Assembly: GCA_014729675.1 (NCBI GenBank)
Contig: WJJM01000005.1
Span: forward strand, 1 to 52,488
Origin: Candidatus Woesearchaeota archaeon
Lineage (GTDB): Archaea > Nanobdellota > Nanobdellia > Woesearchaeales > WJKL01
Length of the DNA: 52,488 nucleotides
Direction of reading: 5' to 3'
Below, piece after piece: positions 37,908 to 47,473 of the stretch. The position numbers and the translations under genes were made by a program. How positions within the stretch are numbered: the first letter of the stretch is position 1; every line of letters starts with the position of its first letter. The notes under the pieces are model-generated. The model did no database searches. It saw only the letters and a program-made list of their open reading frames with translations, and was not told the DNA's origin.

Positions 37908-38027
37908 TCAACATCCTAAAGGATGAATCAAGTTTGCCCGCTTCTTGTTTAGAAGTATGCATCTGGCAAACGTAAGAATAATATATATCGGGATTAAAAA
38001 ATATCAAAATAACAGTTCAAAATAAAA

Positions 38028-38255
38028 ATGGCAGACCAAAAAGAACAACCAAAACCAGAAACAAGAAAATCAGCAGTAAAGATTCACGAGCTTTATGAAG
38101 TCAAGGGAGACACTGTTGAAAGAAAGAACAAGTCCTGCCCAAAGTGCGGAAAAGGAACATTCCTTGCAAAGCATAAAAACAGATTAACTTGCGGCAAATG
38201 CGGCTATTCCGAGATGCAGACTTCTAAAGACAAAGAAGAGCCTAAAAAAGAGTAA
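38028..38255 (+). CDS. rps27ae: 30S ribosomal protein S27ae
   Basis: CPKCG.G.FLA.H..R..CGKCGY. Confidence 0.95.
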   Translation: MADQKEQPKPETRKSAVKIHELYEVKGDTVERKNKSCPKCGKGTFLAKHKNRLTCGKCGYSEMQTSKDKEEPKKE

Positions 38256-38286
38256 GTTTTTTATTTCTTTTACATTATCTATCGAT

Positions 38287-38580
38287 ATGCAAGACCTAGA
38301 AGAAAGAAAAGCACACAATATTCTCAGAAGATTTGCAGAACAGAACTCCATAGCTGCAATATTCAGAGGGGTAGATCCTGAAGACAATTCCAGAAAATAC
38401 TACATCTTTCCTTCTAAAAAAAGCTACAGCTCACAGCTGGAAGATTCTATCTCAAATACAGAAATTAAGATATCAAATGAAACAAAGCATAGATGCAGCC
38501 TTCAGGCATGGCCTGTTTCAGTTTCAGAATCATCGCAGTATGGGTTTCTAGAAGAGCCGATATATATGAAGAGTATCTGA
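38287..38580 (+). CDS. Hypothetical protein
   Basis: 97-aa ORF filling the gap; no motif recognised. Confidence 0.55.
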   Translation: MQDLEERKAHNILRRFAEQNSIAAIFRGVDPEDNSRKYYIFPSKKSYSSQLEDSISNTEIKISNETKHRCSLQAWPVSVSESSQYGFLEEPIYMKSI

Positions 38581-39462
38581 TTACTCAATCTCCTGCATAA
38601 TCAAAAGATCATCAGTCGTAAGCTTTTCTCCTCTTTTCATCTTCTCTTCAACTTCTTTTTCTTTCTCTTTAAGCTTTCTCTTGTCAGATTTTTCTTTTCT
38701 CTCTTTTTTATGCTTTTTTTCTATGCCTAGTTTCTGGTTCATCTCAGAAAGATCTGTAAGCTTTTTCTTAAGCTCATCATTTACCTTGTTGAACTCTTCC
38801 TTCTTTTTCCTGAACTTTTCAGCAGCTTCTTTTTCTTTCTTCCTGAGCTCATCTACTTCTTTGGAAGACTCTATAAGGCTCTCATGCTTTTCTTGGCTTT
38901 CTTTTGCTTTTGCCTGCACATTTCTGTGATATTTTTCAGATTCTTTCTTAAGTTCATCTATCTCTTTGCTTAACTTGTTTGCTTTATCAAAAACATCGCT
39001 TACTTTCTCAGCTTCCTTTACCTTTTTCTTAAGCTCATTTATCTCTTTCATGAGCTTTTTTTCTTTTTCAAAAGAAGGAGCCTCGGTCTCTATGACTATG
39101 TCTAACCTTTCTATCTGTTTCTTTATCTGGCTGGGGTCTTCTTTTATGCCGAATTTCTGCTGGATATTCCTCTTCTCTTCATTAAGCTTCTTTACTTCAC
39201 TTATCTTCTCTTTTATCTTATTGTTGAACTCTTCCCTTTTTTTCTTGCTCTCTCTGACTTCGTCTGTAAACTTATTTCTTTCAGCTTTATCCCCTTTCAA
39301 TTCGCCTATAATGTTAGAAATCTGCTTGTTATACTTGTCCTTTTCCTTAAATAGCTCTTCTTTTTGTTCGTTTAACTGGTTTAAACTCTTCTTCAGGTCT
39401 GATATTTCCTTTTTGCATCGGTCTAATTTTTTTATCAGTTCTTTATTTTCTTGTGTTGTCAT
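38581..39462 (-). CDS. Archaeal coiled-coil protein (COG1340-like)
   Basis: Long heptad repeats, ET....EKEK.L, C-terminal GEKLTTDDLL. Confidence 0.85.
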   Translation of the reverse strand: MTTQENKELIKKLDRCKKEISDLKKSLNQLNEQKEELFKEKDKYNKQISNIIGELKGDKAERNKFTDEVRESKKKREEFNNKIKEKISEVKKLNEEKRNIQQKFGIKEDPSQIKKQIERLDIVIETEAPSFEKEKKLMKEINELKKKVKEAEKVSDVFDKANKLSKEIDELKKESEKYHRNVQAKAKESQEKHESLIESSKEVDELRKKEKEAAEKFRKKKEEFNKVNDELKKKLTDLSEMNQKLGIEKKHKKERKEKSDKRKLKEKEKEVEEKMKRGEKLTTDDLLIMQEIE

Positions 39463-39494
39463 CTAATTAACCTGCTTGCTGGTCAAATTAAAAT

Positions 39495-39517
39495 AAAAAA
39501 ATGCGGAATATTTCCGC
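39495..39517 (-). terminator. Hairpin plus T-run after rpl12
   Basis: GCGGAA-tat-TTCCGC (39503-39517) followed by a T-tract on the minus strand. Confidence 0.55.
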
Positions 39518-39534
39518 TGATTTTTTAAAGTAAT

Positions 39535-39867
39535 CTAACCGAATAAAGCTCCTAGTCCAGCAGCAGCCTGTTCTTCTTTTTTCTTCTCTTCTTCAGGAGA
39601 TTTTTCTTCTTTCTTTTCTCCTTCTCCGCCTTCAGCTTTCTCTCCACCTTCAGCAGGTGCAGCAGCAGCTGCAGGAGCGGCAGCAACAGGTGTCGCAGCT
39701 TTTTCAACAGCCTCGTCTATATTGACTCCTTCAAGACTAGCAACTAATGCCTTTACCCTTGCTTCGTCAACATCTACGCCAGCTGCTTCTAGGACTTTTT
39801 TAACAGCATCTTCATTTACTTCTTTTCCTGCTTTGTGCAACAACATCGCAGCATATATGTATTCCAT
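39535..39867 (-). CDS. rpl12: 50S ribosomal stalk protein P1 (L12p)
   Basis: [11 protein letters not shown], Ala hinge, GLGALFG terminus. Confidence 0.97.
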   Translation of the reverse strand: MEYIYAAMLLHKAGKEVNEDAVKKVLEAAGVDVDEARVKALVASLEGVNIDEAVEKAATPVAAAPAAAAAPAEGGEKAEGGEGEKKEEKSPEEEKKKEEQAAAGLGALFG

Positions 39868-39906
39868 TTTTTTGACCTCCTATTTCACTATAATAGTTTG
39901 TGAATA

Positions 39907-41772
39907 TTATTCTTTCTTTTTCTTCATCAGATCATGCGCGCTGGGCACACTATCCTTTGATTTTTCCTTCATTTCTTTTCTTCCTTTCTCTATGATATCC
40001 TGCGGGCTCATCGGCTCTTTAGGCCCTTCTTCTTTCTCTTCACCCTGTATTGAGCCTGTCTTCTTCAGCTGTTCATAATACTTCTCAGCCTCATCTACTA
40101 TCTTCTTTTTATCAGGATCAACTTTTCTTTCCTGTTTTTCTTGCTTTTTTTCACTTAGTTTCTGCTCAACTTTTTTCAGCAGTTCTTTTTTCATATTTTC
40201 TTTTTCACTGTCTTCGCCTATTACTTCCTTCTCCTGCTCAATACCTTCTATGTCTTCTTCAACTTCTTTTATCTTATCCTCGACCTTTTCTATATCAGCA
40301 GTCTTAGGCTCTTTTTCTTTGGATATCTTTTCAACATCATCTTTTATATCCTTAACTTCTTCTTTGATATCCTCTTCTCTTCCTTCAATCCTTTTTTCTA
40401 TTATCTCTTTAGCCTTGTCTTCTTCACTTTCATCTGTTTTTTCTTGATAATTGTCATCTGATCCAGTATTGGAATCTTTTTGATTATTATCTGCTTTTTC
40501 ATCATTTTCAGGCTTCTCTTCAGCATTTCCTTCTTCATTCTCAGCAGCTTCTTTTTGCCCTTCTTCCTCTGTTTTTTCTTCCTTTTTCTCTTCAGCCTCT
40601 TTTTCTGTTTCTTTCTTTACTTCTTTAGGTGATTTTTTAGGAATATCATTTTCTTTATCATTATCCTCAGTTTCTTCCTTTCTCTCTTCTGCAGGAGCTT
40701 CTTTTTTCTCTTCTTGCTCTTCCTTAGGCTTTTCAGAAGTTTCTTCCTTCTTTTCTTCAGTCTTCTCTTTCACTTCTTCTTTAGAAGCATCATCTTCTTT
40801 TGGCTTTTCTTCTTCATTCTTCTCAGCAGTAGCTTCTTCTTTCTCTTCAGATTTTTCTTCTTTAGGTTCTTCATCTTTTTCTGAAGATTTAGATTCAACA
40901 GTCTCTATCTTAGCTTCAGCTTTTATATTAAGTGCACATCTTTCAGCTTTTCCCAGAAGCTCTTCAGCAGTTGCATCATTCATAACTCTGCCTTCTAAAG
41001 CAACAGCTTTGGCTTCCCTGAAAGCTTTTGGAACAAGAACATTGACAGTTTCTTTTGTGAAATGTCCCATCTCCACTGCCAAATTGAAAGCCCATCTTGC
41101 AGCATTATCAATATCTGCTGCAAACTGTTCTTCATCTATAGCAAGGACATCTTTTCCATATATAACTCCGTCTTCATATACTGCAACAAGATCCAATCCA
41201 ACCTCCATAGGCTCTATCCCAAGCCTTGTAAGCATACCTGCAGCCTCAGCACTTATCTCATCGCCTTCTTTTGCCACTACACTATCTTCTTTAACAGCTA
41301 CTTTTCCATTCTCCACTCCAGCTTTTATACCTATAGAGCCAAGTTCAGATATAACCGGGCCTGGTGCAAATGGCGTTGGACCTGCAGGGACCACTATATC
41401 TTTTGGAGCTGTCTGTCCTGGTTTTGCAGGAGCAGGACTCTTGCTTTTTTCAAGCGTCTTGTATAATTTAAATGGATTTTCTTTTGTAAACAATAATGCA
41501 GGCATCCCTTTAAGCTTTTCCTTAAGCTTGTTTATTTCTTTCTTATCTTTAACCTTATCTAGAGCTATATTCATGAGCCTTCTTTTGGCCATCAATATCT
41601 CAACATCCCCTCTAAGCTGATCCCTCATCTTCTGAAGCTGTGGAGCAGGCATCCCCCCCATATTCAATACACCTATTATAGGGTATTCTTTCATAAGCTT
41701 TGCAAGCCTATCAACTACTTTTTGCTTGTATTTTGCTACTTCCTCTGCTTTATGGACTTTCTCTTCTGCCAT
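39907..41772 (-). CDS. rpl10: 50S ribosomal protein L10/P0 with a very long charged C-terminal extension
   Basis: Q..R..LR, NPFKL, APAKPG..AP.DI.VPAGPT.F.PGP, L..LGI.P; residues ~295-621 are E/K-rich. Confidence 0.93.
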   Translation of the reverse strand: MAEEKVHKAEEVAKYKQKVVDRLAKLMKEYPIIGVLNMGGMPAPQLQKMRDQLRGDVEILMAKRRLMNIALDKVKDKKEINKLKEKLKGMPALLFTKENPFKLYKTLEKSKSPAPAKPGQTAPKDIVVPAGPTPFAPGPVISELGSIGIKAGVENGKVAVKEDSVVAKEGDEISAEAAGMLTRLGIEPMEVGLDLVAVYEDGVIYGKDVLAIDEEQFAADIDNAARWAFNLAVEMGHFTKETVNVLVPKAFREAKAVALEGRVMNDATAEELLGKAERCALNIKAEAKIETVESKSSEKDEEPKEEKSEEKEEATAEKNEEEKPKEDDASKEEVKEKTEEKKEETSEKPKEEQEEKKEAPAEERKEETEDNDKENDIPKKSPKEVKKETEKEAEEKKEEKTEEEGQKEAAENEEGNAEEKPENDEKADNNQKDSNTGSDDNYQEKTDESEEDKAKEIIEKRIEGREEDIKEEVKDIKDDVEKISKEKEPKTADIEKVEDKIKEVEEDIEGIEQEKEVIGEDSEKENMKKELLKKVEQKLSEKKQEKQERKVDPDKKKIVDEAEKYYEQLKKTGSIQGEEKEEGPKEPMSPQDIIEKGRKEMKEKSKDSVPSAHDLMKKKKE

Positions 41773-41773
41773 C

Positions 41774-42430
41774 TTATGCCTCTATTTTCTTTGGCTTGCT
41801 CATAGTAAGCTTGATATAGACATTTTTTACGTTCTGCTTTCCACCTGGAAGATGGTTCATCAATGAATCAAATATAGCCATAACATTTTCTGCTATCTTT
41901 TCCTCTTCTTGGTCTTCTTTTCCAACAGTGTTCTGGCACATCAATGATGTTTTTGCAGTAACTCTTGAAGTGCTTTTTAATCTTGCAACCAGCTGTTTTA
42001 GGTTGGCATTTGGAGGAACAACACATCCAGCTTTAGGATTAGGCATTTTTCCTCTTGGCCCCAACACCTTACCAAAAGTACTTGCAACCTTTGGCATTAT
42101 GTTTGCCTGCGCTATAAAATAATCATATTCCTTGCTTAGCTTCTTGATAGATTTTTTGTCTTTTGCATATTTTGGAAATTCATCAACATCTATGACCTCA
42201 TCGCAGTTCTCTTTTGCACTTGCCTTTAATTCAGGCCCTGTAAAAGCAGCAACCTTGATGTCTTTACCAGTAGGATTAGGCAGATTTAGTGTAAAATCAA
42301 CTTGATTTTCTGATTTTTTAAGATCAAGCCCGCTTAAGGTAACAACTAAGTCAACAGTCTGCTTAAAATTACGCTTAGAAGATTTCTCCTTCAGTTCTTT
42401 TATTGCTTTTATTACGTCTTCTTTTTCCAT
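41774..42430 (-). CDS. rpl1: 50S ribosomal protein L1
   Basis: RNFKQTVDL, GKVLGPRGKMP.PK.G, KLTM. Confidence 0.96.
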   Translation of the reverse strand: MEKEDVIKAIKELKEKSSKRNFKQTVDLVVTLSGLDLKKSENQVDFTLNLPNPTGKDIKVAAFTGPELKASAKENCDEVIDVDEFPKYAKDKKSIKKLSKEYDYFIAQANIMPKVASTFGKVLGPRGKMPNPKAGCVVPPNANLKQLVARLKSTSRVTAKTSLMCQNTVGKEDQEEEKIAENVMAIFDSLMNHLPGGKQNVKNVYIKLTMSKPKKIEA

Positions 42431-42505
42431 TCTCTACCCTCCTATCCTATACAAAGATAGTCTCTGGGAACTCTTATAGCCAAGAAATCAATAGGTTATT
42501 TATAA

Positions 42506-42589
42506 AGATTGCGAAAATGCGTAGCATTTTCCAATCTCCAAGAATCTCTGATTTTTGACAGATTGCGAAAATGCGTAGCATTTTCCAAT
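42506..42589. repeat. Two identical 30-bp palindromic repeats with a 24-bp hairpin spacer
   Basis: AGATTGCGAAAATGCGTAGCATTTTCCAAT at 42506-42535 and 42560-42589. Confidence 0.9.
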
Positions 42590-42603
42590 ATCGCTAATAT
42601 AAT

Positions 42604-43275
42604 CTATACATACCTTTTATCAGCTTTAACAACATTATAGCTTAATTCCCCAAATTCACAGCTTTTGCAGGCAGCATCTAAAGCAACCCAATCTCCATCC
42701 ATCTTATATCTGTTCAAAGCAGAAGGAAGATACGCTTCTATATATACATGCCCCGGAACAAAAACAAACCTTGTTTCTACCCCTGCAGCTTCAAGAAGAT
42801 TAGCCAATAGCACAGAACTATCATCACAATCCCCTCCTCTTGAAACAAGACTTTCTTTGGCACTTTTCACATACTCTACAGATGCAGGATCATTTATATA
42901 GTTGAAATTATCTCTTACAAAGTAAAACTCAGCTTTTGCATGGCATATCTTATTCCCGGAACAACCGTAAGCAGCAATATTATCAGCCAGTTGTTTTATC
43001 ACAGGATCAGAGGATTTCATAAGTTTTTCATAATCATAAGGAGATTCAACAGAAAAATCATGCTGCCCAGCCTCAACTGCAGGAATTATATCCATCCCTG
43101 GAATCTCAGAAGGCCTTGGATCTAACTTAACACCATAATAAGGAACAGCCATCATTATAAGCAATAAAGCCAAAAATATCCCTAAGACCCACCATAATGA
43201 ATTTCTGGAATCTTTTTCAACATCTGGCTCTTTTTCTATCTCTTTAGCCTCTTTTAACATATCTTTTTCTTCCAT
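42604..43275 (-). CDS. Membrane-anchored transglutaminase-like cysteine protease domain protein
   Basis: N-terminal TM; GDCDD, GHVY, W..LD triad. Confidence 0.88.
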   Translation of the reverse strand: MEEKDMLKEAKEIEKEPDVEKDSRNSLWWVLGIFLALLLIMMAVPYYGVKLDPRPSEIPGMDIIPAVEAGQHDFSVESPYDYEKLMKSSDPVIKQLADNIAAYGCSGNKICHAKAEFYFVRDNFNYINDPASVEYVKSAKESLVSRGGDCDDSSVLLANLLEAAGVETRFVFVPGHVYIEAYLPSALNRYKMDGDWVALDAACKSCEFGELSYNVVKADKRYV

Positions 43276-43308
43276 AATCTTTATAAATATAAAATCACTT
43301 AAAAACCT

Positions 43309-43794
43309 ATGCCCAATAAAGATGAAGATTCACTGTCTCAGGAAGATGTAGACAGCCTATTAGCTGCTGTTCAGGAAGATCCAGCCGAAGAGAGTCATAC
43401 CCCTTTGCCAAAGCAAGAGCCACAAAAAACGTCAAACTTTAACATAGTCCGATATGATCCCGATGCATATCATGATTTTAAGACTCCGGTAAAACTAGGC
43501 AATTTAAGATCTCAAGAAGAGCATTTAAATGATAAGTACATCACATTTATCAGCAGAGAAGGTATAAATGAAACAACTATCCCCAAAAACATGCCTGAAG
43601 GTTATATACATATCACTACAGATCCTGTTCTCAAAAGCTATGGGGTAAGGACAAAAGATACTTATGTCAGCGAAAATCTGTTTAATATAAATACAGATGA
43701 AAAACAAGATGACAACTTTCACACCTTGGATTCTTTTGAGCTTGCTAAAGGGCTTATAAGAAAGATTCAGAAAAGAGACATAAATTCTGATTGA
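43309..43794 (+). CDS. Hypothetical protein with N-terminal LSQEDVDSLL peptide
   Basis: 161-aa ORF with an upstream TTTATAAA box. Confidence 0.65.
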   Translation: MPNKDEDSLSQEDVDSLLAAVQEDPAEESHTPLPKQEPQKTSNFNIVRYDPDAYHDFKTPVKLGNLRSQEEHLNDKYITFISREGINETTIPKNMPEGYIHITTDPVLKSYGVRTKDTYVSENLFNINTDEKQDDNFHTLDSFELAKGLIRKIQKRDINSD

Positions 43795-43896
43795 TCGCTC
43801 AAATTGGACCTCATACTTTGTAGCCTGCTGCAGTTGGGATTTTTATTGCTTAAATTGTATATTTATATCTCACCGCACATAAAATTAGGATTTTTG

Positions 43897-44598
43897 TTAC
43901 TTCCCAAATCTTCTCTCACGATTATTAAAGTTATTAACACATGCAATAAGATCTTCTTTTTCAAACTCAGGCCATGTTTTCTCTAAGAACATCCATTCAG
44001 AATAAACAGATTGCCATGCTAAAAAATTAGAAGTTCTATGATCCCCGCCAGTCCTTATGATAAAATCAGGATCAGAATCCATGTAAAGGAATTTTGAAAA
44101 CTTATCTTCATCTAAAGAAGCAGGATCTATCTTGCCATCTTCTATATCTCTGCCCAACTTCTTGACAGCATCGATCAACTCCTCTCTTCCCCCGTAAGCC
44201 ATAGCAAAATTTATCTTATAATCAGAATAATTCTTGGACACATCCATAAGATTCTTCATTTGTGAATATACTTCAGAAGGAAATAAGTTGATTCTGCCAA
44301 CAAAATTAACATGTATCTTATTGTCATGTATCTTTTTCAAAGTTTTTTCATCACTAAAAAATTCCATAAACACTTTCATAAGATAGTTAAATTCATGCTT
44401 AGGACGATTAAAGTTCTGCATAGAAAAAGCATACAAGGTCATCTCTTTTATCCCTAGTTCTTTGCACCAGTCAAAAAGATTATTGACCTTCTCAGCACCA
44501 TATTCATGACCTTTCCAGGGCTCTTTCATAAGTTTTTTAGCAAACCTTCTATTCCCGTCCAGTATGATGCCTATATGGTTTATTGAATTTCCACCCAT
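43897..44598 (-). CDS. uppS: cis-prenyltransferase (polyprenyl diphosphate synthase)
   Basis: HIGIILDGNRR, YAFS.QNF.RP, YGGR.E, IRTGG..R.SNFL.WQ; start MGGNS. Confidence 0.95.
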   Translation of the reverse strand: MGGNSINHIGIILDGNRRFAKKLMKEPWKGHEYGAEKVNNLFDWCKELGIKEMTLYAFSMQNFNRPKHEFNYLMKVFMEFFSDEKTLKKIHDNKIHVNFVGRINLFPSEVYSQMKNLMDVSKNYSDYKINFAMAYGGREELIDAVKKLGRDIEDGKIDPASLDEDKFSKFLYMDSDPDFIIRTGGDHRTSNFLAWQSVYSEWMFLEKTWPEFEKEDLIACVNNFNNRERRFGK

Positions 44599-44665
44599 AT
44601 TGCATATATTTTTTAAATCATTTAAAAAGTTTTTGTTATTAATGATATGTCTCTGAATCCTAACC

Positions 44666-45181
44666 TCATAGTCTGGACAACCCTTCCTTGCTGCAAAGCC
44701 CCACAAAAACCTCTTTAGGAACATTAAGCCCTGTTTCAACAAAAAGCTTTGCAAGCCTGTAAACATCTGATTCATCATTTTTCTTCCTGAAATTTATAAG
44801 CCTTCTTATCCCATATTCACAGAGATAACCTTCATTAAAAGCAAGAGCTGCCTTTGAATTTTTCTTGTTATATACTTTCTTTTTAGCAGTATCAACAAAG
44901 CATTCGTCTTTTCTCCATATACCTTCCTTTTGTTTAAATCCATGGTTGTAAAGCTCCCATTCTACTATCTCTTTGATTATCTCAGAACTTTTTTTTTCTT
45001 TGATATGCCCCATAACATCTACAATAGTATAGATATCAAAAAAATCAGATTCCTTCCTGTCAAACCTGTAAACCCTCCCCAGATATTTCCTTGATTTCTG
45101 CTTTACCTTGCCTCTGCTAAGCTTATTTGAAACAAGATAAGCATATTCATATCCTTTTACCTTTTTAGTCCTTATGAACAT
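44666..45181 (-). CDS. Hypothetical basic protein
   Basis: MFIRTKKVKGYEYAYLV..KQK..KYLG N-terminus, possibly nucleic-acid binding. Confidence 0.75.
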   Translation of the reverse strand: MFIRTKKVKGYEYAYLVSNKLSRGKVKQKSRKYLGRVYRFDRKESDFFDIYTIVDVMGHIKEKKSSEIIKEIVEWELYNHGFKQKEGIWRKDECFVDTAKKKVYNKKNSKAALAFNEGYLCEYGIRRLINFRKKNDESDVYRLAKLFVETGLNVPKEVFVGLCSKEGLSRL

Positions 45182-46388
45182 CAGATATTACCTCTAAAAA
45201 GCGTTTAGGCCCTTCTTTATTATATTTTTTAAGTGCTTCCTCCATATTTCCATGGTTCCTTATCCAGGTGATAGCATCAGGAACATATCTATAAGCCACA
45301 TTTCTGCCCATAACTCTCCCGTGATCATCTTCTATAATCCTAACACCATCAGGTATATTAAACTTTTTTGCCATTTCTATCGAAAGAAGATAGCTAATAG
45401 CTTCAGATATCGCTTCTTCTGCCTGATGAGATTTATCTACACCCATCTCACTAAAATAAAAAGAGTTTGTTGTTGCAGTTGTTAAAGGTATGACCTCAGA
45501 AAAAGGGCTCCTTAACGCACTTACCCCTGTTCCGATAAATATGCAATAATGGATATATTCTCCTTTATCCACCTTGGATATATTAAATCCTCCTTTATTA
45601 TGCCTATGTCTTGCTATACTAAATTCCTGTGCAGGATTCTCATTATTTTTAAGATAAACTCTCTCAACTATAAAATAATTCTTTCCAAAAAAAACCCTTT
45701 TATTGAAATCCTTGCTGTAATCATCTCCTTCTTCTATGATTATTTTTTCAAGATTATATTTCTTGATTCCTTTGACATTTTTATACAAAAAATCAACAGA
45801 CCTTTCAAAATGCAGCATAAGTTGTTCTGCAAACACATTTTCTTCAGGAACAGCATAAATCTGTTCAGTGGCATATCCTTCATATTTCCCATCAACATCA
45901 AAATTGTTCACCCTAGCATGAAACTTTACAATATCATTGGTTACACTCTTGCTTAAATCCTTAAACTGCTTACTTTCTTCATAAAGCTTTTTTTCCTCTC
46001 CTATAGGCACGCACTTAGATATAACCTTATCAACACTCCAACCAGTATAATCAAAATCCCTTTTAAGGAAAGCAAATTCCTTTATTTCATCCTTAACAGC
46101 GGAATCAACAGAAGGGCATTTCTTACCACGAGCATTACCAGAATTGTAATATAAAGCCCCAAATACACCTAAACTCAAGCTTAAAACACTCAATATTGCC
46201 AAAGAATTTGCATGTCTCAGCCCATCCTTCGGCTTGTCAGGAATAGCACTTGTTTCGCTATTTTTTACTGCAGATCTTCTTCCTTCCTTCCTTCCCATAT
46301 TCCAGTTAGGCACTATAAGGTTTATATATTTTTCCCTTTTAAGAAGCTCTCTAATACGCGAATTCATGCATTTCAGCAAAAATAGCAA
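45165..46388 (-). CDS. Hypothetical membrane-anchored protein
   Basis: Single TM segment near the N-terminus; start uncertain. Confidence 0.65.
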   Translation of the reverse strand: MLFLLKCMNSRIRELLKREKYINLIVPNWNMGRKEGRRSAVKNSETSAIPDKPKDGLRHANSLAILSVLSLSLGVFGALYYNSGNARGKKCPSVDSAVKDEIKEFAFLKRDFDYTGWSVDKVISKCVPIGEEKKLYEESKQFKDLSKSVTNDIVKFHARVNNFDVDGKYEGYATEQIYAVPEENVFAEQLMLHFERSVDFLYKNVKGIKKYNLEKIIIEEGDDYSKDFNKRVFFGKNYFIVERVYLKNNENPAQEFSIARHRHNKGGFNISKVDKGEYIHYCIFIGTGVSALRSPFSEVIPLTTATTNSFYFSEMGVDKSHQAEEAISEAISYLLSIEMAKKFNIPDGVRIIEDDHGRVMGRNVAYRYVPDAITWIRNHGNMEEALKKYNKEGPKRFLEVISDVHKD

Positions 46389-46393
46389 AAATC

Positions 46394-46984
46394 TCAGTAT
46401 AGCTTTTTCTCTACTACTCTACCTTTATCTTCTGTAAATACCTGAGCCTGAAACTTATACACATTTCTCTTCATATTGTTCCAGCAGTCAGGGGAAAGCC
46501 CTGCTTTTAAGCATGTCTGATTAAGAAATTCTTCAGGTCCCCAATCCCAGTCTTTAGCTACTTGTGGCAGCAATATACCATATCCAAACTCGTCTTTTAT
46601 AACAAGTCCATCTTTACCTATTTTTATTTTAGAAAGGTATTCAGAGGGTTTTTTAACATCTATCTCCCTGAGCTTTGAAAGCACTGAAATCTCTATCTTA
46701 AGTTTCTTATACTGCTTTTTGGTAAGTGGAGGAAATCTTGGGTCTTCAAAAGCTGCGCCTTGTGCAGCCTGTACAACAGATTCCCAGAGAGGCATAGTCG
46801 GCTCTACATATCCTATACACCCTACAAGTTCATCATCAATATAAAGGCTTACAAATACCCCTGATTTCTCATCAAATTCCTTTTTAAGGCCTGCACCTGT
46901 TTTTACATCTTCTCCTTTAAAATACGCAGAAATAGATTTTCTTGCAAGTTTCACTAGCTTCTCAGCTTGTTTTACTTCCATCAT
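46394..46984 (-). CDS. AMMECR1 domain protein
   Basis: GVFVSL, GCIG, AF.DPRF, EISVL, G.DGL, LLPQV, C.KAG, FQA.VF. Confidence 0.93.
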   Translation of the reverse strand: MMEVKQAEKLVKLARKSISAYFKGEDVKTGAGLKKEFDEKSGVFVSLYIDDELVGCIGYVEPTMPLWESVVQAAQGAAFEDPRFPPLTKKQYKKLKIEISVLSKLREIDVKKPSEYLSKIKIGKDGLVIKDEFGYGILLPQVAKDWDWGPEEFLNQTCLKAGLSPDCWNNMKRNVYKFQAQVFTEDKGRVVEKKLY

Positions 46985-47259
46985 TTGGCCGCTTTAGCAA
47001 AAGCAGATTTAAAATCTTCACCCTGTTTTTTAAGCCTTTTTACAGCATCATTCAATGCTTTCTTAGGGTTTTCTTTTCCGTTTGTTTCCACTATAAATTT
47101 TATCTCATCTATCAATGGATGTGTAACATCATAGCCTGCAACCTTTATGTTTGGATCCTGCCATAGCTCTTTCTTCAATGCATTGCACATTGTATGGTTT
47201 TCTCCTTTCAACTGAAATACAAGCTTGTTATTCTTTTCTTCTTTTATTTCTAGTTCCAT
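46981..47259 (-). CDS. rpoL: RNA polymerase subunit Rpo11 (L)
   Basis: GENHT.CN.L, AGY...HPL; start MELEI. Confidence 0.93.
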   Translation of the reverse strand: MELEIKEEKNNKLVFQLKGENHTMCNALKKELWQDPNIKVAGYDVTHPLIDEIKFIVETNGKENPKKALNDAVKRLKKQGEDFKSAFAKAAK

Positions 47260-47383
47260 TTTAGATAAGGAATCGATAAGGTGTTTAAAAACCTTGCGGA
47301 AATGATAAGCTTTTTGGCAGTAATTTCCATGCCTCATCAGCAGGAAATAAAACTTTTTTTTATATCGCCCCATAAGGACAAGA

Positions 47384-47461
47384 TTGTCCCAGATATTTAT
47401 TTCCTAAGTTTATCGTCGGGAAAACGCATATTCCCAGACATTCCCAGCATGGGAATGACAA
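47384..47461. repeat. TCCCA/TGGGAAT box cluster A
   Basis: TCCCA at 47387, 47432, 47442; ATGGGAATGACAA (47449) is identical to 48832. Confidence 0.7.
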
Positions 47462-47473
47462 TCTTAAATATTG

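Noticed and set aside
42506-42589. Mini CRISPR array
   Set aside because: Only two repeats, a 24-nt spacer that is itself a hairpin, and no cas genes in the window.
44666-45181. IS1634-like transposase
   Set aside because: Only the N-terminal few residues look similar; it is 171 aa with no DDE domain or terminal repeats.
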